NCBI GenBank assembly: GCA_964629235.1
Contig: CAZVQB010000001.1
Location: forward strand, 4,431 to 68,430
Direction of reading: 5' to 3'
Source: an uncultured Candidatus Saccharibacteria bacterium
GTDB taxonomy: Bacteria; Patescibacteriota; Minisyncoccia; Phycocordibacterales; PALSA-1337
DNA length: 64,000 bases
Below are positions 18,686 to 27,990 of the stretch, in pieces. The first letter of the stretch is position 1. Each line of letters opens with the position of its first letter. Made by a program: the position numbers and the translations under genes. Under the pieces are notes generated by a model. It was not told the DNA's origin. It was given only the letters and a program-made list of their open reading frames with translations, and ran no database searches.

Positions 18686-19516
18686 ATGAGAAATATAAAA
18701 AATGAAATAGCCACTAAGGGTCATATAACTTTAGAGTATCCGTCTAACCTCAGAAAAGCTGTAGAAGAAACGAATACGCTTTGGGAGAAATTTTGTGAAT
18801 TGCCTGAAGATGTAAAAAGTAGTCTTGTGTATAGCAACAATTCAGACGGGGTGGGGTATGAACTTAAAGATGGAATAGGGAAAAATGCTGATCGAAAGGA
18901 GAATTTTGATATAACTATAGCTGGAGAAAAATGGTTAGTTGAAAATACAAGTAAAATCAAAGAACCAGTTGTTCTAGATTTCTTAAAGAGTGCAGTATCG
19001 CTTGTTGATATTATGAAATCTACTGTATTTGACTTTGCACTCTATCTTGAACAAGTATACGACATACAAGGATTTCATAATGAAGTAAGAGACAGTAAAG
19101 ACTCGTTCTTTGTAAGGTTCATTCACTATTTCGGTAATAGAAAAGATGGAGAAGAAACAGCTTCTGCACATGTTGATCAAAGTGGTTTTACTTTTCATTT
19201 GTATGAAAGCCAGCCAGGATTGCAGGCATTAAGTTTTAGAGGCGATTGGGAAGATATGCCAGTGTCGTCTGGTGAGACCGTTATAATACCCTCGATGCAG
19301 TTACAACTAAGAACAAAAGGGAAGTTAAAGGCATTGTGTCATAGAGTTGTAGCAACTCAGACTACTGCAAAAACCGGCCGGTATTCAGCAGTTTGTTTTG
19401 TACAATTAAAAAATACTTCAAAATACGATAAAGATAAGCACGGCCGTTTACAAGAAAAGACCCCAGGTTTTAATTATCAAATGGCGTACGAAGAATTCCA
19501 AGAGCTCTTCAAATAA
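18686..19516 (+). CDS. 2OG-Fe(II) oxygenase family protein
   Basis: HVDQSGFTFHLYESQPGLQAL matches the HxD...GLQV iron-binding core. A downstream LKALCHRVV provides the distal His and Arg. Confidence 0.55.
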   Translation: MRNIKNEIATKGHITLEYPSNLRKAVEETNTLWEKFCELPEDVKSSLVYSNNSDGVGYELKDGIGKNADRKENFDITIAGEKWLVENTSKIKEPVVLDFLKSAVSLVDIMKSTVFDFALYLEQVYDIQGFHNEVRDSKDSFFVRFIHYFGNRKDGEETASAHVDQSGFTFHLYESQPGLQALSFRGDWEDMPVSSGETVIIPSMQLQLRTKGKLKALCHRVVATQTTAKTGRYSAVCFVQLKNTSKYDKDKHGRLQEKTPGFNYQMAYEEFQELFK

Positions 19517-19550
19517 AAAACACCCGCACGACTGTCGTGCGGGTGAATTG

Positions 19551-20139
19551 CTATTCTCCAGGGTGATTCCAATCAAAGAAAACCCTACCTTCACGTTTGG
19601 TAATGTCTTCATGATCACCACCACTAGGGTCTCTCAAAGGACCAATGTATTTTCCAGGATAAATAGTAAGAATCGATGCAAAAATGTTATGACTATCATT
19701 AAAAATACCGTAAACAATAGAAACCAGTGAGGTTCTCGGTGCTTTGATATCAATAAGATGTTTTGCAACTCTCAATCCGACACTTCGATTGTTAGGATTA
19801 AAACTTTCGAGATGACCAAGGTTGTAGTGTTCAATCGAATCAGTTGACTCCCAACCGATTGTTTCTTCGAAATCGAGAGTAACTACACCCATTTTGCAAT
19901 CCTTGTTCTCATTGAGTGTACGGACGATACTCCTATACATTTCATCGCCAAAGTCGAAATCACCGTCGTATGCAAATTCCTCAAACGTATTCCATTTAGA
20001 GAAATTACCAGCGAGTTCATGATGAACCCCACGAAAACAGGTTCCATTGAGTCTGAGACGCGTTTTCCTTGTATAAAGGATACCAAATTTATAATGGTCG
20101 ATAGTTTTTCTGTAGAAATTTTCAAGATTTTCCTTTCAT
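19551..20139 (-). pseudogene. GC-shifted gene of unknown function requiring a +1 frameshift near its start (frameshifted/pseudo or slippery start)
   Basis: One reading frame is open from 20135 to 19551 (~195 codons). The only ATG (20139) lies in another frame: atg aaa g|gaa aat.... The ORF track splits it into 19883..20125 and 19551..19940. A terminator hairpin is present at 19521-19545. Confidence 0.4.
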
Positions 20140-20184
20140 TGCAAAATCTTTTTTTATACTACATATATAATTTATTTCTGTCAA

Positions 20185-20208
20185 CAAAAAAGGCCTTTCG
20201 GCCTTTTT
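20185..20208 (-). terminator. intrinsic terminator after typA
   Basis: aaaaaggcc-tttc-ggccttttt (bidirectional). Confidence 0.7.
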
Positions 20209-20210
20209 CA

Positions 20211-22007
20211 TTATTCTTTTCTTCTCGCTTTCGCTCTATCTGTTTCAGTTAAGAATTTCTTTCTCAGTCTTACTGATAGGGGAGTGATTTCTAGATATTC
20301 ATCTTCTCGCATTGTTTCAAGACCTCTTTCGACATCGATCTTCCAAGCCGGAGTAAGCATGATATGTTCATCATTACCTGATGATCTCATGTTTGTCAGA
20401 GCTTTACCCTTACATGGATTTACATCCATATCTTCACCCTTAGATACATCTCCAACAACCATTCCTTCGTATACGTCTGTTGTTGGTTCAATAAATATTC
20501 TTCCTCTTTCTTGTAGATTCCATAGAGCAAAAGCTAAAGCCTTACCTGTCATCATAGATGTCATAGATCCTGTAGTATGCTTCTCAATTTCTCCTGCATA
20601 TTCCTTGAATCCAATAAATCTACTAGCAAGAATTCCTTCACCCTTTGTGTCTATAACGAAAGCACTTCTGTATCCTAGTAAACCTCGTGTAGGAATTTCA
20701 AAAAGCATACGTGTTTGACCATCTTTTGATTTCATATCAACCATAGTCGCTTTTCTTTGCCCTAATTTTTCTATAATAGCTCCTGTGAATTCATCAGGGA
20801 TATCGATAGTAAGCTCTTCGAAAGGCTCACTCTTAACTCCGTCGATTTCCTTTACGATTACTTGTGGTTGAGATACTTGTAGTTCATATCCTTCTCGTCT
20901 CATATTTTCTAGCAGAACAGCGATATGAAGTTCACCTCGTCCAAATACTCTATAGTATTCATTTGATGAGAAATCCACCTTTAGACCTACGTTTATCTCA
21001 AGTTCCTTTTCCAGTCTTTCTCGGATTTGTCTACCTGTTACGAATTTACCCTCACGTCCTGCAAAAGGTGATGAGTTTACCAAGAAGTTTAGAGAGATTG
21101 TAGGCTCATCAATTTTAATAGCAGGAAGAGCTGGAGTTTCAGCTTTATCTGTTATTGTTTCTCCAATATAGATTTGTGGGAATCCAGCGATAGTTACGAT
21201 GTCACCAGCACTAGCTTCTTGTATTTCAACTCTCTTTTTTCCTTCGAAAGTAAATAATTTTGTTACTCTACCACTATTTACACTTCCATCAATTTTCTTT
21301 TCAAATACAGTTTGTCCAGTTTTTATTGTTCCATCGTAAACACGAGCAATAGCAAGACGGCCAAGGAAGTTGTCATATCCTAGGTTAAATACTTGCGCTG
21401 TAAGTGGGTCTGCAGCACTTCGATCTTTGTTTGCTGGTGGAACATGTTCAAGAATCATATCAAGAAGAGGAGTCAGATCTTTTCTTGGATCATCAAGCTT
21501 CTTCATAGCAACTCCTTCACGACCTATAGCGTATATAGTAGGGAAGTTCAATTGAGCATCATTTGCACCAAGTTCCATGAATAGTTCAAGCACCATCTCA
21601 TGACAATTGTCAGGATTTGCAGCTGGCTTGTCTATTTTATTTATAATTACGATTGGCTTTATACCAAGTTCTAGAGATTTCTTTAATACGAATCGAGTTT
21701 GTGGCATTGGGCCCTCTTGTGCATCAACTACAAGTAAAACTGTATCAATAGATCGTAGAACTCGCTCCACTTCTGATCCGAAGTCGGCGTGTCCTGGAGT
21801 GTCCACGATATTGATCTTTGTACCCTTGTATTCTATTGATGTATTTTTTGCATAAATAGTAATACCTCGCTCTTGTTCTAGAGCGTTTGAGTCCATTGTT
21901 CCATCTTCACCATGACCGCATTGTGTCATGATTGCGTCAGTAAGAGTTGTCTTACCGTGGTCCACGTGCGCAATGATTGCAATATTTCTTATATCCATAA
22001 AGGCCAA
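20211..22007 (-). CDS. typA: translational GTPase TypA/BipA
   Basis: 598 aa with an N-terminal G domain (AIIAHVDHGKTTL, DTPGHADF, NKID) and EF-G-like domains II-V. Confidence 0.9.
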   Translation of the reverse strand: MAFMDIRNIAIIAHVDHGKTTLTDAIMTQCGHGEDGTMDSNALEQERGITIYAKNTSIEYKGTKINIVDTPGHADFGSEVERVLRSIDTVLLVVDAQEGPMPQTRFVLKKSLELGIKPIVIINKIDKPAANPDNCHEMVLELFMELGANDAQLNFPTIYAIGREGVAMKKLDDPRKDLTPLLDMILEHVPPANKDRSAADPLTAQVFNLGYDNFLGRLAIARVYDGTIKTGQTVFEKKIDGSVNSGRVTKLFTFEGKKRVEIQEASAGDIVTIAGFPQIYIGETITDKAETPALPAIKIDEPTISLNFLVNSSPFAGREGKFVTGRQIRERLEKELEINVGLKVDFSSNEYYRVFGRGELHIAVLLENMRREGYELQVSQPQVIVKEIDGVKSEPFEELTIDIPDEFTGAIIEKLGQRKATMVDMKSKDGQTRMLFEIPTRGLLGYRSAFVIDTKGEGILASRFIGFKEYAGEIEKHTTGSMTSMMTGKALAFALWNLQERGRIFIEPTTDVYEGMVVGDVSKGEDMDVNPCKGKALTNMRSSGNDEHIMLTPAWKIDVERGLETMREDEYLEITPLSVRLRKKFLTETDRAKARRKE

Positions 22008-22150
22008 ATACTAAAAAGCTATTAAAAATTCGTATAAAGTTGAGAGTCCATTAAAGCATAAAAATTAAATTTAAGCAAGATAAATTCTATTAAATAAGTA
22101 AAAGAAAAACCCGCTTACAATATATGTAAGGCGGGTCTTCGAATGTTGTA

Positions 22151-22501
22151 TTAGGCTGACTCGATAGTACTTCTTCGTACTGAGGTCGAGACCTGCTGGT
22201 GAATAGGGAGAGCGAATGTAAACATTCCGAAATTATTCCCAACCTTCCTACTGTGTATGACCGCCGTAAAACGCTGACCGGTTGATTTGACATAACCATC
22301 AAATCCAATATCTTTGGAATGCTTGGTTCTGGTCACTGTATTTACTACCAAGTTGAAGGTCTGAGATTTTTCCCTGCAACCTCTCTCAATGACTACGACC
22401 TCCAATGTTGTATTGTCGTCACTACTCATGAGCGCTTTTAGTAATTGCTCTCGAACCACCTTTCTGACAATTAAATACTGTCCATCCATATTAACCTCCA
22501 T
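22151..22501 (-). CDS. hypothetical protein (GC-shifted singleton)
   Basis: 116 aa with no recognisable motif. Local GC is well above the flanks. Its own terminator lies at 22103-22136. Confidence 0.3.
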   Translation of the reverse strand: MEVNMDGQYLIVRKVVREQLLKALMSSDDNTTLEVVVIERGCREKSQTFNLVVNTVTRTKHSKDIGFDGYVKSTGQRFTAVIHSRKVGNNFGMFTFALPIHQQVSTSVRRSTIESA

Positions 22502-22550
22502 TTTGTGCTGTTTCAGGATAATCTTTACATCACAAGGGCAGCATTGTCAA

Positions 22551-23015
22551 CTACTTTACCAACTCCTCCACGACTTCTTTTACATGAGCACCATCCGCTT
22601 TTCCCTTTAACTCTTTCATAAGTCCACCTATAAAACCACCAAGCTTTTTTGAATCTGGTTTACCTTCTTTCTCGATCTTTGCTTGAACTATCTTTTTTAT
22701 ATCGTCTTTACTCATTGTCTCTGGAAGATATTTTTCAAGTATAGCCAATTCTTCTTTTTCCTTTTTCGCCAAATCACTTCTACCACCTTTTTCGAATTGT
22801 TCAATAGAATCTTTTCTTTGCTTTACACTTCTTTTTATTAAAGTTAAAGCGCTTTCATCATCTATATATTGTTCTGAACTTTTTTTAGTAATCAATTCAT
22901 AAGAGAAAAGGGAAGTGAGACCTCGAAGTGTTTCTAGGGTAATAGCGTCTTTTGCTCGCATAGCTTCGACTATTTGTCCTTTTATTTTTTCATGTAATGT
23001 TATGTTTTGTGTCAT
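22551..23015 (-). CDS. yqeY: GatB/YqeY domain protein
   Basis: YqeY family pattern (EAMRAKDAITLETLRGL...KRSVKQRKDSIEQFEKGGR). The internal start at MTQNITL is preferred, to avoid overlap with divergent rmuC. Confidence 0.7.
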   Translation of the reverse strand: MTQNITLHEKIKGQIVEAMRAKDAITLETLRGLTSLFSYELITKKSSEQYIDDESALTLIKRSVKQRKDSIEQFEKGGRSDLAKKEKEELAILEKYLPETMSKDDIKKIVQAKIEKEGKPDSKKLGGFIGGLMKELKGKADGAHVKEVVEELVK

Positions 23016-23034
23016 ATACTGTATAATATCACAT

Positions 23035-24087
23035 ATGAATATCCTTATCATAATACTAATTATCTTGGTTGCGGTTGCGATTTTTATAATGTTTTTAAAC
23101 TACAGACGTCTTTCTCCAAAAGAAGAAAAGGATGATATAGGTTTGAAACTTATTTTGGAACAAATAAATGAATTGAACCGCACCGTAGATGAAAAAATCG
23201 GTAGAGGTCATAGAGATATGCGTGAATCTATGCAGATGCAACTATCAGAATCAACAAAGATGATTCGTGAAGTTACTGCGGGTCTAACAAAACTTGATGA
23301 GACGAATAGGCAAGTAGTATCTTTCGCAGATCAGTTGCAATCTTTGCAAGATATATTAAAGAATCCGAAGCATCGTGGAATACTTGGTGAATATTATCTT
23401 GAAACTCTTTTAAACAATGTACTTGCTCCAACTCAATACAAAATGCAATATGCTTTTTCAAACGGTGAAATCGTCGACGCTGCGGTCTTTGTTAAAGATA
23501 AAATCATACCAATCGATTCAAAGTTTTCTCTGGAAAATTATAATAAATTGGTAAATGAAAGAGATCCGGTAGAAAAGGAAAGATTGGAAAAAGCTTTTGT
23601 AAATGATCTAAAACTTCGAATACAAGAAACAGCAAAATACGTACGTCCATCTGAAGGTACAATGGAATTCGCTTTTATGTTTATTCCACATGAAGCAATA
23701 TACTATGATCTATTGATAAATAAGATAGGGGCGGTAACAGAAGAAACCGATAATCTCATCCAGAGAGCAGCCAATAAGTATAAGGTGATAATAGTCTCGC
23801 CAACGTCGTTTTTGGCCTATTTACAGACGGTTTTACAGGGTTTAAAAGCATTACAGATAGAGGAGACAGCAAAAGATATAATAAAGCGTGTAGATGACCT
23901 TGGAAATCATTTAAAAAAGTATGAAGAATACCACGAAAAGCTCGGCGCTTCGCTTGGTACAGTAGTGAATCATTACAACAATTCAGGTAAAGAATTAAAG
24001 AAGGTAGATAAGGATATTTTACGAATTACCGGACAAAATCCTGGATTGGAGACAAAAGTGATTGACCAACCAGACGAGATAGTGTAA
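23035..24087 (+). CDS. rmuC: DNA recombination protein RmuC
   Basis: N-terminal TM (MNILIIILIILVAVAIF), coiled coil, and a C-terminal RmuC nuclease-like core (MEFAFMFIPHEAIYYDL). Start taken at Met41 of the ORF-track frame. Confidence 0.7.
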   Translation: MNILIIILIILVAVAIFIMFLNYRRLSPKEEKDDIGLKLILEQINELNRTVDEKIGRGHRDMRESMQMQLSESTKMIREVTAGLTKLDETNRQVVSFADQLQSLQDILKNPKHRGILGEYYLETLLNNVLAPTQYKMQYAFSNGEIVDAAVFVKDKIIPIDSKFSLENYNKLVNERDPVEKERLEKAFVNDLKLRIQETAKYVRPSEGTMEFAFMFIPHEAIYYDLLINKIGAVTEETDNLIQRAANKYKVIIVSPTSFLAYLQTVLQGLKALQIEETAKDIIKRVDDLGNHLKKYEEYHEKLGASLGTVVNHYNNSGKELKKVDKDILRITGQNPGLETKVIDQPDEIV

Positions 24088-24099
24088 TATAACTCCACT

Positions 24100-24417
24100 A
24101 TGGAATTTGCAGTAATACAAACAGGAGGAAAGCAATATAAAGTAAAAGCTGGGGATGAAATCAAGATTGAGAAAATCCTAGGCGAACACAAAGAAGGCGA
24201 TAAAATCGTTTTCGATAAGGTATTACTAGTAGATAATGGATCTGACACTACAATAGGTACACCTTATATTGAGAAGGCAAAAGTTACAGGAACTATTACA
24301 AAGATTGGAAGACTAGCGAAGGTAAACGTTATAAAGTACAAGCAAAAGAGTAAATACTTCAAGAAAAATGGTCATAAGCAACCATATTTCCAAGTTAAGA
24401 TTGAAGGATTAAAATAA
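24100..24417 (+). CDS. rplU: 50S ribosomal protein L21
   Basis: MEFAVIQTGGKQYKVKAGDEIKIEKI... is the canonical L21 sequence. Confidence 0.9.
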   Translation: MEFAVIQTGGKQYKVKAGDEIKIEKILGEHKEGDKIVFDKVLLVDNGSDTTIGTPYIEKAKVTGTITKIGRLAKVNVIKYKQKSKYFKKNGHKQPYFQVKIEGLK

Positions 24418-24425
24418 AGTAAAAG

Positions 24426-24450
24426 AAAGACCCGAAAGGGTTTTTCTTTT
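24426..24450 (+). terminator. intrinsic terminator after rplU
   Basis: agaccc-gaaa-gggtttttc. Confidence 0.6.
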
Positions 24451-25057
24451 AAACCCTCTCTCTATTCTTCAAAGCATTCTTTATTGTATCCGCATCTGAA
24501 TATTCAAGTTCAGTTCCTGTAGAAAGCCCGCGACCAAGTACACTGATTGTTATATTCCGATCTGGGAATTTATTTTTTAAATAATCTTTTATAAAGTCTG
24601 CAGTGTGTTCACCTTCAGCATTTGCATTTAAAGACAAAATGATTTCACTAAAGCTAGTAGTACTTAGTCTATTAAAAAGTTCATTCAATCTGACTTTTCT
24701 CTCAGGTTCTTTATCAAGTATCGGAATAGTGCCTCCAAGGATAAAGTAATACCCATTATAAAATTTACTTTTTTCAATTGCTTCAAAGTCTATGTCTCTT
24801 GATACGATCATTAATTGATTTTGATCTCGATTTTGATTTGAACAAATACTACATGAGCTTCTATTTTCATCCTGATAAAATCTGAAGCAAAGAGGGCAGA
24901 CCCGAATACTTTTCTTTATAGATAAAATAAGCCTAGATATTTCTTCAAGATAACTAGGATTTTTGGTTAAAAGAAAATAAACAAAGCGTTTTGCTTGTCT
25001 TGGGCCTATACCAGGGAATTCTTTAAAATATTCTGTTAGTTTAGAAATCGGATCCAT
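24449..25057 (-). CDS. recR: recombination protein RecR
   Basis: N-terminal HhH (LKEFPGIGPRQAKRFVYFLL), C4 zinc finger (CPLCF...CSICS) and Toprim domain. Start taken at MDPISKL. Confidence 0.85.
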   Translation of the reverse strand: MDPISKLTEYFKEFPGIGPRQAKRFVYFLLTKNPSYLEEISRLILSIKKSIRVCPLCFRFYQDENRSSCSICSNQNRDQNQLMIVSRDIDFEAIEKSKFYNGYYFILGGTIPILDKEPERKVRLNELFNRLSTTSFSEIILSLNANAEGEHTADFIKDYLKNKFPDRNITISVLGRGLSTGTELEYSDADTIKNALKNRERV

Positions 25058-26465
25058 TGCCTTGCTGACCGTTATTATCGAAATCACCAAAATCACTCTT
25101 TTCAATACTCATGAATGATGTTTTCTTATCATCAAAGTATAGTTCAGCATAGCCGGTTGGTCCATTTCTGTGTTTTTCAATCATAATTTTTGCAATATTT
25201 GGTCTTGCTTGTGAAGTATCTTTATTGTGTTTATCCTCACGATGAATGAACATAACAACATCAGCATCCTGTTCGATAGACCCTGAATCTCGAAGATCAG
25301 AAAGTCTAGGCTCGCCGCCTCTTTGTTCAACTGCTCGACTTAGCTGGGATAGGGCAATAACTGGAACTTCTAGTTCGCGAGCGAGTTGCTTTAATGATCT
25401 AGAGATCTCAGTTACTTGCTGAACAACGTTATCAGAATTCCTACTTTGAGTTGGAACCATAAGCTGTAGGTAATCAACGATGATAAGTCCTAAGCCTTTT
25501 TCACTTTTTAACCTTCTTGCTACAGCACGCATTTTTAGAATATTGTTTGCAGGTTGATCGTCAATGTAAATAGGTGCAGTAGAGAGTCTATCCATAGCAT
25601 CTCGAATTGCTTTGAAGTCATGTTCAACATTTAGATTTTGTCCTGTACGAATCTTCCAAGAATCAACTTGTGATTCAGCAGAAAGCATACGATCGACTAG
25701 TTGTTGCGAACTCATTTCAAGAGAGAATATACCTACAGGAACATTGTGCTTGATAGCTGCGAGACGTGCAAAGTCTAGAGCGAGAGAAGTTTTACCCATT
25801 GAAGGTCGTGCAGCAAGGATTATGAGGTCAGACTTTTGGAATCCAGCGAGTTTATTGTCTATAGCAGGGAAGCCGGTAGGGATTCCACGCATTTCATCTT
25901 TAGTTGCATGCAATTTATCTATTCTTTCCCATGCTTCAACAAGTGTGTCTTTTAGGGCGATGAACTTGTGGGTTCCTGTATAGTTTGTAACTTCAAATAT
26001 TTTCTTTTCTGCTTTATCAAGAGTCTCTTCTATATCCATTTCTTCATCGAAACCGAGGTTACCAACAAACTCTGAGGCATTTATCAATTCACGCATTATA
26101 TGCTTCTTTTGCACAATTTCAGCATAATGCTTTGCATTTGTGGAAGAAGGTACTCCATGCACAAGTTCTGTAAGATATGGCATTCCACCTGCTTGTTCCA
26201 ATAAATCCTTATCTCTGAGTCTCGCAGAAAGAGAGAGTAGATCAATTGGTGTACTTTTACCAAAAAGCTCCATCATAGTTACCCATATAAGCTTGTGTCT
26301 ATCAGAATAGAAAACTTTCTCAGATATGATATCTGTAATGTCGTGCATTACTTCAGGTCGGATCATGATGGATCCAAGCAAAGCTTTTTCGGCTTCAAGA
26401 CTTTGTGGTGGAACTCTTAAATCTTTTGCTTTGAAATATGGTGATGAAGTCGGATTCGAACTCAT
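25041..26465 (-). CDS. dnaB: replicative DNA helicase DnaB
   Basis: 474 aa. N-terminal domain, Walker A motif (ARPSMGKTSLAL) and RecA-like C-terminal motifs. Confidence 0.9.
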   Translation of the reverse strand: MSSNPTSSPYFKAKDLRVPPQSLEAEKALLGSIMIRPEVMHDITDIISEKVFYSDRHKLIWVTMMELFGKSTPIDLLSLSARLRDKDLLEQAGGMPYLTELVHGVPSSTNAKHYAEIVQKKHIMRELINASEFVGNLGFDEEMDIEETLDKAEKKIFEVTNYTGTHKFIALKDTLVEAWERIDKLHATKDEMRGIPTGFPAIDNKLAGFQKSDLIILAARPSMGKTSLALDFARLAAIKHNVPVGIFSLEMSSQQLVDRMLSAESQVDSWKIRTGQNLNVEHDFKAIRDAMDRLSTAPIYIDDQPANNILKMRAVARRLKSEKGLGLIIVDYLQLMVPTQSRNSDNVVQQVTEISRSLKQLARELEVPVIALSQLSRAVEQRGGEPRLSDLRDSGSIEQDADVVMFIHREDKHNKDTSQARPNIAKIMIEKHRNGPTGYAELYFDDKKTSFMSIEKSDFGDFDNNGQQGNGSDF

Positions 26466-26534
26466 GCAGACATTGTATCATGCAAAAAATATAGACACGA
26501 TAGAAAATAGAATAAACAGTGAACAAAGTGTGAA

Positions 26535-27962
26535 TTACTTTTTATTTAGAACAAAACCATCATCAGTATCTTTTAGAGAATAACCTCTATTTTCAATTTC
26601 AAGTCGAAGTGCATCGGCCATTTCCCATTTTTTATTTTTCCTTGCTTGTTCACGAGTTTCGGCTAGAGCAATTATCTCTTTTGGGATACTATCTTTTTCT
26701 CCTTTTTTCATTTCAAGAATAGATTTCAATCCAAAACCAAATACTCTATCAAAATCTAAAAGCAAAGATATTTTTTCTTTAGATTCAAGAGAATGGTCTT
26801 TTATAAGTTCCCAAGCCAAGGCTAGTGCTTCAGGCATATTAAAATCATCATTTATTTTAGTATTAAATTCAGCTTTATAGTCTCTAGGATTAGCACTAGC
26901 GTGGATATGTTCATGCTGTACCTCACCAAGTCTTAAGAATGTCTCTACGAAACGAATGAAAGCAGTTTGTGCGGCTTTTACAGCTTCCAAAGTAAAGTTA
27001 ACTTGTGATCGATAATGAGAAGTTAAAAGCCAATATCTAAAAGCAATAGGGGAGATTCCTGATTCTTCCAGATCAGCAAGTTTTAAGAAATTGCCTTTTG
27101 ATTTTGCCATTTTATCATCATTTACATTCATGAATGCACCATGAATCCAATACTTCACAAAGGTTTTATCAGTTGCACATTCTGATTGAGCAATTTCATT
27201 TGTATGATGAGGGAAAATAAGATCGATTCCACCGATATGGATATCGAAAGTTGGACCCAAGGCCCTAGTAGACATAGCGGAACATTCTATATGCCAACCT
27301 GGACGCCCTTTGCCAAAGGGTGCTTCGTATACAACATCGCCGTCAGTTTCAGTATAGAATTTCCATAGAGCAAAGTCTCTAGGATTTTCTTTTTCATATT
27401 CATCATTTGAAATTCTTTCTTTTAAATTTGAAGAATCTAAAGGATCTATTTTTAGTTTTGCCAATTTTCCATATTCTGGGAATTTCCCGATACTAAAATA
27501 AATTCCATCTTTTGAAACATAAGCAATGTCTTTTTCAAGTAAAATAGAGATCATCTCTATCATATCCTTTATATAGTCGGTTGCTCGAAGGAGTTTGTGA
27601 GGAGTTAGAATATTTAGAGAGTGTAAATCTGCCAAGAACAGAGTTTCATAATGTCTTGTTATTTGTTCTAAACTAGTTTTTTGATTAATACTTTTCTTAA
27701 TCGTCTTATCATCAACATCAGTAATATTCATTACTTGAGTTACGAAATAGTTATTGTATTCAAAAACTCTTCTTACAATATCGTATAAAACATTTGTTCG
27801 AAGATTACCTATATGCGCAGTGTCATAGACAGTAGGGCCACAACTATAGATTCCAACTTTTCCTTCGACAATAGGTTTAAATTCCTCCTTTTTACCTGAT
27901 AAAGTATTTTGGATATGGATTAACATATGTTGTAGTATAGCTTTCATATTGTATGAAATCAA
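26535..27962 (-). CDS. cysS: cysteinyl-tRNA synthetase
   Basis: HIGH motif (PTVYDTAHIGNLR) and KMSKS motif (KMAKSKGN). The likely true start is the internal Met at ~27926 (MLIHIQNTLSGKKEEF). Confidence 0.9.
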   Translation of the reverse strand: MISYNMKAILQHMLIHIQNTLSGKKEEFKPIVEGKVGIYSCGPTVYDTAHIGNLRTNVLYDIVRRVFEYNNYFVTQVMNITDVDDKTIKKSINQKTSLEQITRHYETLFLADLHSLNILTPHKLLRATDYIKDMIEMISILLEKDIAYVSKDGIYFSIGKFPEYGKLAKLKIDPLDSSNLKERISNDEYEKENPRDFALWKFYTETDGDVVYEAPFGKGRPGWHIECSAMSTRALGPTFDIHIGGIDLIFPHHTNEIAQSECATDKTFVKYWIHGAFMNVNDDKMAKSKGNFLKLADLEESGISPIAFRYWLLTSHYRSQVNFTLEAVKAAQTAFIRFVETFLRLGEVQHEHIHASANPRDYKAEFNTKINDDFNMPEALALAWELIKDHSLESKEKISLLLDFDRVFGFGLKSILEMKKGEKDSIPKEIIALAETREQARKNKKWEMADALRLEIENRGYSLKDTDDGFVLNKK

Positions 27963-27990
27963 ATTGTTTGCGATAATTCAGAGATAATTT

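Noticed and set aside
22551-23051. 17-bp head-to-head overlap of the yqeY and rmuC start codons.
   Set aside because: An internal Met (MTQNITL, 23015) matches the usual YqeY N-terminus and removes the overlap. This is most likely an ORF-caller over-extension.
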